Source: a virus
DNA length: 64,000 nucleotides
Strand: one strand, 5' to 3'
Virus record (IMG/VR): IMGVR_UViG_3300035492_000309
Coordinates: 1-64,000 of that record
In this document: positions 58,974 to 64,000 of the stretch, one piece after another
Numbering within the stretch: position 1 is the first letter of the stretch
Layout of the letters: the number at the start of each line of letters is the position of its first letter
Notes under the pieces: generated by a model
Database searches by the model: none
What the model saw: the letters and a program-made list of their open reading frames with translations, nothing else
Told to the model about the DNA's origin: nothing
Program-made: the position numbers and the translations under genes

Positions 58974-60362
58974 ATGACGCATAAAACCACCGCTCAACCG
59001 ACCGCCGTAGAACTGCTCCATTCGGCGCAGAACTATCGCACCAGCCTGGAATCGCTGATGGCAATCGGGAAGGTGATGTTGGCACAACCATCGTTGGAAG
59101 ACGATGCCGTCAACGCCTACCAAGTGCTGGCCGAAGGTGTTCTGGAAGAAGCCGACCACCAAGGCGATCTGGCTGCGGTCGAAGGCGTGGAAGAAGGTCA
59201 GGCTCGTGTCGAGCTGATCATGCAGGATGTCCTGACACCTCGACTGACTGAAGTCGAAGACATCGAACAAGCACTGCTCGAGAAAGCCGAATCCCAGCAA
59301 CCGGTACCGTTCACCACCCGTGACGTCGAAACCTCTGTGTCGCAAGAAGCTCTCTTCTCGGCAGAAGTACTGGGGCTGTATCGTGAAAATATCGGTACCG
59401 TGCGCCAAGTACTGTCCATGGAAGGGATGAATGCCGACCTGGCCCGCCCCATGGTCATGTCGGTGGTGCAGCGCGCCAAGGACAGCCTCCACTGGCTGGG
59501 CGTCTCCATGGAAGCACTGGAAGAGACCCAGGTGCTCGGTGACATGTCCGAGGCGGTCGAGCGTATCGAGGCACTGGTGACTAAGGCGCATGAACAAGCG
59601 CTGGAACATGCCGAAGGTGTCCGCAATGAAGCGGAGAACCTCGGCAGCGACGGCAGCGATCCCATGGGTGACCTGATCGAGAAACATCGGGGTGAAAACG
59701 CCACTGGCGCGGTTCTTGATGAGGAAACCAAAGTCACCACCATCGAGCACGAAGTCGATAAGTCCGAACCTGATGAAACTGATGCGGTCGTCGAAGGTGG
59801 CGAGGAGGCTTCGGCTGACCTCGACCTCGAAGATGCTGCTGACGGTGAGGTATCGGATACAACCGGTGACGAGACCTCGACTGACGTTGACATCGAAGAC
59901 GATACCACGATCGCCGATGTGGAAATCGATGCTGCTGAAAGCGAAGTCGATGCAGTCAACAGCGCTGCTGACAGCGAAGCTGAAGAAAACACCGATGAAA
60001 CGCAAGAAGAAGAAGAAAACACCGAGAGCGATGACGATGATGACGAAGAGGAAGAAACTGCTTCGACAGAGTCATTGGAACCGGTGGTCTTCGAAAGCCT
60101 GGCGACTCGTACCGAAGACAAGGATATCATCAAAGACATCCTCAACTCGCTGATGAGTTTCCTGCATACTCACGACCTGCTGACTGAAGTTGGTTATGAC
60201 GCACTGCTCAATGGTTTGGGTGATGAGTTTGTGTTCGACGACAGCATGGTAGCGCCACGCGCCGCTGACGTCTTGGCACGCCACTACCACACCTGGAGTG
60301 AAGCGTCGGTGCGTGACGGTGAAGCCAACGTACGTGCTATGGGTGTATTGCTCGGCCTGTAA
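58974..60362 (+). CDS. highly acidic protein (462 aa)
   Basis: AGAGGG RBS. Long D/E-rich tract (..EEEENTESDDDDDEEEETAS..). Divergent from the SNF2 gene with a 47-nt spacer. Confidence 0.75.
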   Translation: MTHKTTAQPTAVELLHSAQNYRTSLESLMAIGKVMLAQPSLEDDAVNAYQVLAEGVLEEADHQGDLAAVEGVEEGQARVELIMQDVLTPRLTEVEDIEQALLEKAESQQPVPFTTRDVETSVSQEALFSAEVLGLYRENIGTVRQVLSMEGMNADLARPMVMSVVQRAKDSLHWLGVSMEALEETQVLGDMSEAVERIEALVTKAHEQALEHAEGVRNEAENLGSDGSDPMGDLIEKHRGENATGAVLDEETKVTTIEHEVDKSEPDETDAVVEGGEEASADLDLEDAADGEVSDTTGDETSTDVDIEDDTTIADVEIDAAESEVDAVNSAADSEAEENTDETQEEEENTESDDDDDEEEETASTESLEPVVFESLATRTEDKDIIKDILNSLMSFLHTHDLLTEVGYDALLNGLGDEFVFDDSMVAPRAADVLARHYHTWSEASVRDGEANVRAMGVLLGL

Positions 60363-60918
60363 AGGACGTGGGGGTCATACCCCCACCTGCCTTAACTTTT
60401 TAGCAGTAAAACCCAGTATAGTATGTAGGACCTGTTCTTTCACAACTTGATCCTCACCCCCAATGCGCTTAAGTGCGTAAATCAGTGCAGATAATCCTCT
60501 GCACCGGCGTGACAGCCTACCCCCATAAGGCACTGATTGTCACCCACTACTCATGGAGGCTTCGGCCTCCTGGGTCTTCTTCGTTGCCCTTGGTGAACTC
60601 GTCGTGATAACCAAGGTTGTTGCTGTTCTGACGCCCTGCTTCCACCGCTACCTAGCAGCGTGTGTCAGTAAACGATGGTACGTTGAGCTGTTGTTCCGTA
60701 CCGCTGCAAGAAAGGCGTTGCTTGGGGCCGGCTAACCCAAAGCAGCGTGTGACGGTCTAGGTGCCACTCCTCGCTGAACCCGTCGCCAATGTGCAGCCTC
60801 CAGTGATCTGACTCTATCATGGGTTCGATCACTGGGGGATGTACATTGTTATTTTTTTTGTTTTGCCGTGATTTGAAATGAAGGCCACGTAACATATAAC
60901 GCATAGGAGCCGACCAGT
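60363..60918 (+). ncRNA. candidate structured non-coding RNA region (family unknown)
   Basis: Largest non-coding gap in the window (556 nt). Multiple nested stems: AATCAGTGC/GCACTGATT at 60480/60530, GGAGGC-TTCG-GCCTCC at 60555, CCTTGGT/ACCAAGG at 60588/60610, GCAGCG/CGCTGC enclosing GGTACG/CGTACC at 60655-60707. Ends with CAGTGATC...GATCACTG plus TTATTTTTTTTGTTTTG (60801-60865). Confidence 0.3.
60368..60386 (+). terminator. short hairpin after the acidic-protein gene
   Basis: GTGGGGG-TCATA-CCCCCAC. Confidence 0.4.
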
Positions 60919-61284
60919 ATGGAACTGTACACGATCGCAATACCGCAGTGGCGGAAAGCCAAAGAACGAGGGATCGAGCTGGTTGACATCACCGTTAAAT
61001 CGGGCCTCCAGCATTTTGCACCGTATAAAGACATCCTGTACGCATACAAGCGCGGTGAGGTGTCAGACGAGCAATATACCGAGGTCTACGTAAATAAGCT
61101 CAAAACGCATCTTAGGAGCTCTCCTGAGGACTTCCAACAGTTCCTTGAGAAGTCGGGTCCGGTAGCAGTGGCATGTTATTGTCGAGCCGGTAAATTCTGC
61201 CACCGTCATCTGTTTGTAGGATTTATCCAAGAGCTGGCAGAAGACAACGGGTACAGTGTCCGATACGCGGGTGAAATACTATGA
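60919..61284 (+). CDS. DUF488-like protein
   Basis: LYTIA..., GIELVDIT, ...VAVACYCRAGKFCHRHL resembles the DUF488 pattern (TIGHS / VDVR / C.C....CHR). AGGAG RBS. Confidence 0.45.
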   Translation: MELYTIAIPQWRKAKERGIELVDITVKSGLQHFAPYKDILYAYKRGEVSDEQYTEVYVNKLKTHLRSSPEDFQQFLEKSGPVAVACYCRAGKFCHRHLFVGFIQELAEDNGYSVRYAGEIL

Positions 61285-61311
61285 GTCTGTTATTTTAACC
61301 GCGAGTATGCC

Positions 61312-61869
61312 ATGGCCTGTAAAACCGATAACTTCAAGTTCGATCCCGATAAGACAGCGTTAGAAAACCTCTTTGCGCTGGTCTATCGGACTAACCGGGT
61401 GCGTCTTAGTCAGGACTTGATTGAGGTGGAAGCACCTCGCACAATCGAGGAAGATGAGCACGGCGACAACACAGTCATTCTAGTCAAGGCCAGGGCAGAC
61501 GGTCCACTGGACGGCCAGCAAGACCTTTACTATGCTCGTGCTGACATCAACACCCATTATCCGACCTTTCTGATTGATGCCCGTGAAACAGAAGGGATCA
61601 ACGATAAAGATGCCCTACTGACTTACCTCGATGGCAAGTTCAATCTGGTCGATGGTGAATTCGATGTCGACATCAGTGAACCCTTCGAGTCGTTGGTCGC
61701 ACACACAAGCATTGACATCTATGCCAAAGACGCATCGTACATCTACATCGGCCGTAAAACGATTCACATCTTCTGGTCGGGTGGTCTCAGACGAGTCACT
61801 GACGAAGGCAGAATACGTATCACCGATGAAGGGGCGGTACGCGTAATCGAAGATGAGACGTTGGACTGA
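61312..61869 (+). CDS. hypothetical protein
   Basis: Clean ORF; converges on a minus-strand fibre gene across hairpin 61873-61904. Confidence 0.65.
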   Translation: MACKTDNFKFDPDKTALENLFALVYRTNRVRLSQDLIEVEAPRTIEEDEHGDNTVILVKARADGPLDGQQDLYYARADINTHYPTFLIDARETEGINDKDALLTYLDGKFNLVDGEFDVDISEPFESLVAHTSIDIYAKDASYIYIGRKTIHIFWSGGLRRVTDEGRIRITDEGAVRVIEDETLD

Positions 61870-61872
61870 CAG

Positions 61873-61907
61873 CATACAGGGAGGGCCGAAGCCCTCCCTG
61901 TATGTCG
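61873..61907. terminator. 14-bp hairpin between convergent genes, TATGTCG on the plus strand
   Basis: CATACAGGGAGGGC-CGAA-GCCCTCCCTGTATG TCG. Confidence 0.6.
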
Positions 61908-61915
61908 TGTCGCCG

Positions 61916-64000
61916 TTAGACGGCAGGGGTACCTTCCAGCTCAGCCGCAGCGGAATCGAAGGCGCTGGTCAGTTCGATCACCAGTGCTTCGAGGTCGCTG
62001 GCTACCGTTGCAGTAGCAGTGTTTTGCTCGGCGAGCTTGACAGCCACCTGACCGGCATCTGCGAACTTGCCAGCACCAGCAACGCCGGTGGCATCTTCGA
62101 GATCAGCAGCAGCCGAGGTCAGCTCCGCTTGGGTTTTGCCGTTCAGCTTCAGGGAGTCTGCAGCTTGTTCGGTTTTACCCAGCTTGCCGTCGATGGCCGT
62201 GTTGACCGGAACCAGAGACGCGTCGATAGCACTCTGGACCTGCGCCGCGGTCTGCTTCTCGCCGATCTGAGTCATCAAGGTATTGATGACATCCGGATCG
62301 TTGTTCAGCGCAGCCGCCAGCTCATTGATGGTATCCAGCGCTTCAGGTGCAGTACCTACCAGATCAGCGACAGCCGCGTCGATTGCAGCTTTTGCAGCGA
62401 GGGCAGTGACGTACTTGACGTCGTCAGTGCCTGCAATGACATCAGCCCCGGTAGCCTTGGCAGCCACGAATGCATTGAAACTGTCCTGCAGTGCTTGCAG
62501 ATCAGCCGCATCACCGGCCGCAGTGATACCAGCCTGCAACTGGGCAATCAGCGTGCTGAGAGCTACCTGGGTAGCAGTTTCCCCTTCACCCTGGGTGACG
62601 GTGTTGGCATCGATATTATCGGTGCGACCTACCTTGGTGCCTTCCAGTACCTGGACAGCATTGTCAATCTTGATGTCCAGCGCCTGATCGGCCGCTTCAC
62701 GAGCACCTGCTTCAGCTGCAACCTGACCTTCCAAGGTCGACACTGCGGCAGCCAGGTTACCATTGACGGTGCCGAACGCAGCATCCAGAGTAACCTGTGC
62801 GCCATCGATGGTGACAGTATTGGTGTCGATGTTGTCGCCTTTCTCGACAACATTGGACATGTCCACGCCAGCCTGAGCAGCAGCGATGATCTGTTCGGCA
62901 GTCTGGCCGCCGAGCAACGCCGAGTCAACGGCCTGCGCAGTGGCGTCCAACTTGCTGTCAGCAGTCTCTTGAGCAGCAGTGATGGCGGCGTTCACCGGCA
63001 CCAGTGCAGCTTCGATAGCAGCCAGTACGTCAGCAGCCGATTGCTTCTCACCGATCTGGGTCATCAAGGTATTGATGACGTCAGGGTCGTTGTTCAGGGC
63101 CGCGGCCAGTTCGTTGATGGTGTTGAGTGCTTCCGGCGCGGTACCGACCAGTTCAGCAACGGCATGGTCGATAGCTGTTTTGGCAGCCAGGGACGTGACG
63201 TATTTGACGTCGTCAGTGCCGGCGATGACTTCGGCACCGGTGGCTTTGGCAGCGGCATCCAGCTTCTGGGCAAGATTCTGAATGATGTTGGAGATGGTAT
63301 CGCCTTGAGCATCAGCCTGCTGCTGCATGCCTTCGACACGGCTCTTCAAACCACTGACTTCACCCGTCAGGCGTGCATCGGTAGCATCCGTCTTGGTCTC
63401 AAAGTCTTCGACCACTTCTTTGAGGGTCTTGACCGAGGTGGTAACGGTGATGTAGTACGGAACATCCGGGCTCGCACCAGCGGTTTGCAGGGCGGTGGCG
63501 ATCGCCATGCCTTCGACTGCGCCGACAGTGGTAGGTACGAAGACGCCGTCGAGGTCAGAGTCTTCTTCGATGACCAGACCGCCTCCGGCGGTAGACATCG
63601 TAGCACGCAGGGTGGCAGTGCCGTCATTAGTGGCAGATGCCACGTAGGTGGACTTCGGCGTGCCAGCATTGACCGGGTTCAGGGACAGATCGGTCACACC
63701 GGTCTGCATGAAGTCGGAGCCTTCGCCCACTGCAGCTTGCAGGTCAGCGATAGCAGCAGCGTTGGCATCAACCTGACCCTGCAGGGCGGCGTCAGCGGCA
63801 GCGAACTCACCACGCAGAGCGGTGGCTTCAGTGGTCAGCGCGTCAGCAGCAGCGGCAGTCGCAGCGGCCTGGGCAGCATCGGCTTTGGCCTGAGCACCTT
63901 CCGGAGTTTCCTTGGTGCCGATCGCAGTCATCATCGAGTTGATGACATCCGGATCGTTGTTCAGGGCGGCGGCGATTTCCTGAATGGTGTTCAGGGTCTC
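61916..64000 (-). CDS. Ala-rich repetitive fibre protein, N-terminus outside window
   Basis: Stop at 61916-61918. Repeated GA(D/E)VIAGTDDVKYVT.LAAK.AID.AVA.LVGTAPEAL(D/N)TINELAAALNNDPDVINTLMTQIGEKQ. The same motif (..NDPDVINSMM) continues upstream of the tracked Met at 63934 to the window edge. Confidence 0.8.
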   Translation of the reverse strand, partial: ETLNTIQEIAAALNNDPDVINSMMTAIGTKETPEGAQAKADAAQAAATAAAADALTTEATALRGEFAAADAALQGQVDANAAAIADLQAAVGEGSDFMQTGVTDLSLNPVNAGTPKSTYVASATNDGTATLRATMSTAGGGLVIEEDSDLDGVFVPTTVGAVEGMAIATALQTAGASPDVPYYITVTTSVKTLKEVVEDFETKTDATDARLTGEVSGLKSRVEGMQQQADAQGDTISNIIQNLAQKLDAAAKATGAEVIAGTDDVKYVTSLAAKTAIDHAVAELVGTAPEALNTINELAAALNNDPDVINTLMTQIGEKQSAADVLAAIEAALVPVNAAITAAQETADSKLDATAQAVDSALLGGQTAEQIIAAAQAGVDMSNVVEKGDNIDTNTVTIDGAQVTLDAAFGTVNGNLAAAVSTLEGQVAAEAGAREAADQALDIKIDNAVQVLEGTKVGRTDNIDANTVTQGEGETATQVALSTLIAQLQAGITAAGDAADLQALQDSFNAFVAAKATGADVIAGTDDVKYVTALAAKAAIDAAVADLVGTAPEALDTINELAAALNNDPDVINTLMTQIGEKQTAAQVQSAIDASLVPVNTAIDGKLGKTEQAADSLKLNGKTQAELTSAAADLEDATGVAGAGKFADAGQVAVKLAEQNTATATVASDLEALVIELTSAFDSAAAELEGTPAV
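62252..62465 (-). repeat. fibre gene repeat copy A (about 214 nt)
   Basis: Imperfect direct repeat of 63041-63254, 789 nt (263 codons) apart. Confidence 0.85.
63041..63254 (-). repeat. fibre gene repeat copy B
   Basis: See 62252-62465. A third partial copy starts about 63930 and runs off the window. Confidence 0.85.

Noticed and set aside
58929-60145. Long minus-strand ORFs (358 and 315 aa, Ser-rich) opposite the acidic-protein gene
   Set aside because: They are mirror images of GA-rich Asp/Glu codons. There is no RBS, they would overlap the SNF2 start region, and the plus-strand ORF has a good RBS and a coherent composition.
60801-60838. tRNA-like T-loop string GGGTTCGATC
   Set aside because: The flanking complementarity is an 8-bp stem with an 18-nt loop. 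There is no acceptor, D or anticodon arm. No tRNA was found anywhere in the window by eye.
5401-61907. The hairpin family interpreted as a CRISPR array or REP/MITE mobile elements
   Set aside because: Spacing is irregular (0.5-9 kb) and always intergenic at gene ends. Stem sequences differ, with only the outer arms and the heptamer conserved. There are no cas or transposase genes and no target-site duplications.

Overview
This window looks like a contiguous piece of a large, possibly jumbo-class, tailed dsDNA phage genome from a Gram-negative host. The host inference rests on a spanin pair with a lipobox, an SspB-like ClpX adaptor and an AlgP/H1-like KPAA-repeat protein; GC is mid-50s by eye. 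About 95 tightly packed genes are present, almost all on the + strand. There are four minus-strand islands: a LamG protein, a small PARP-like candidate, an SNF2 helicase and a repetitive fibre gene that runs off the 3' edge. Recognisable content falls into five groups. (1) Nucleotide and DNA metabolism: tmk, thyA, DHFR, NAD-dependent DNA ligase, a Nudix-like protein and an SNF2 helicase. (2) A large tail-fibre / receptor-binding cluster (about 23.7-39.2 kb, 48.4-49.4 kb and 61.9-64 kb) with several paralog families. (3) Selfish elements: a td-like group I intron with a GIY-YIG endonuclease splitting thyA, a LAGLIDADG-containing class-3-type intein in the P-loop of the SNF2 helicase, two paralogous free-standing HNH/AP2-type endonuclease-like genes, and a minimal GIY-YIG gene. 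(4) Accessory genes that stand out: two tandem Delta9-type fatty-acid desaturases plus an HxxxDG acyltransferase-like gene inside the fibre cluster, an SspB-like adaptor, a secreted SNase, a possible DUF2829/Tad2-like protein and a possible H-Y-E ADP-ribosyltransferase-like protein. (5) A recurrent intergenic GC-rich hairpin followed by TATG(C/T)CG at 15 gene boundaries, a 36-bp perfect repeat upstream of two small membrane-protein genes, and a 556-nt structured non-coding gap. No rRNA, tRNA, CRISPR array, integrase or transposase was seen. All functional calls are from motif recognition by eye; no database search was run.
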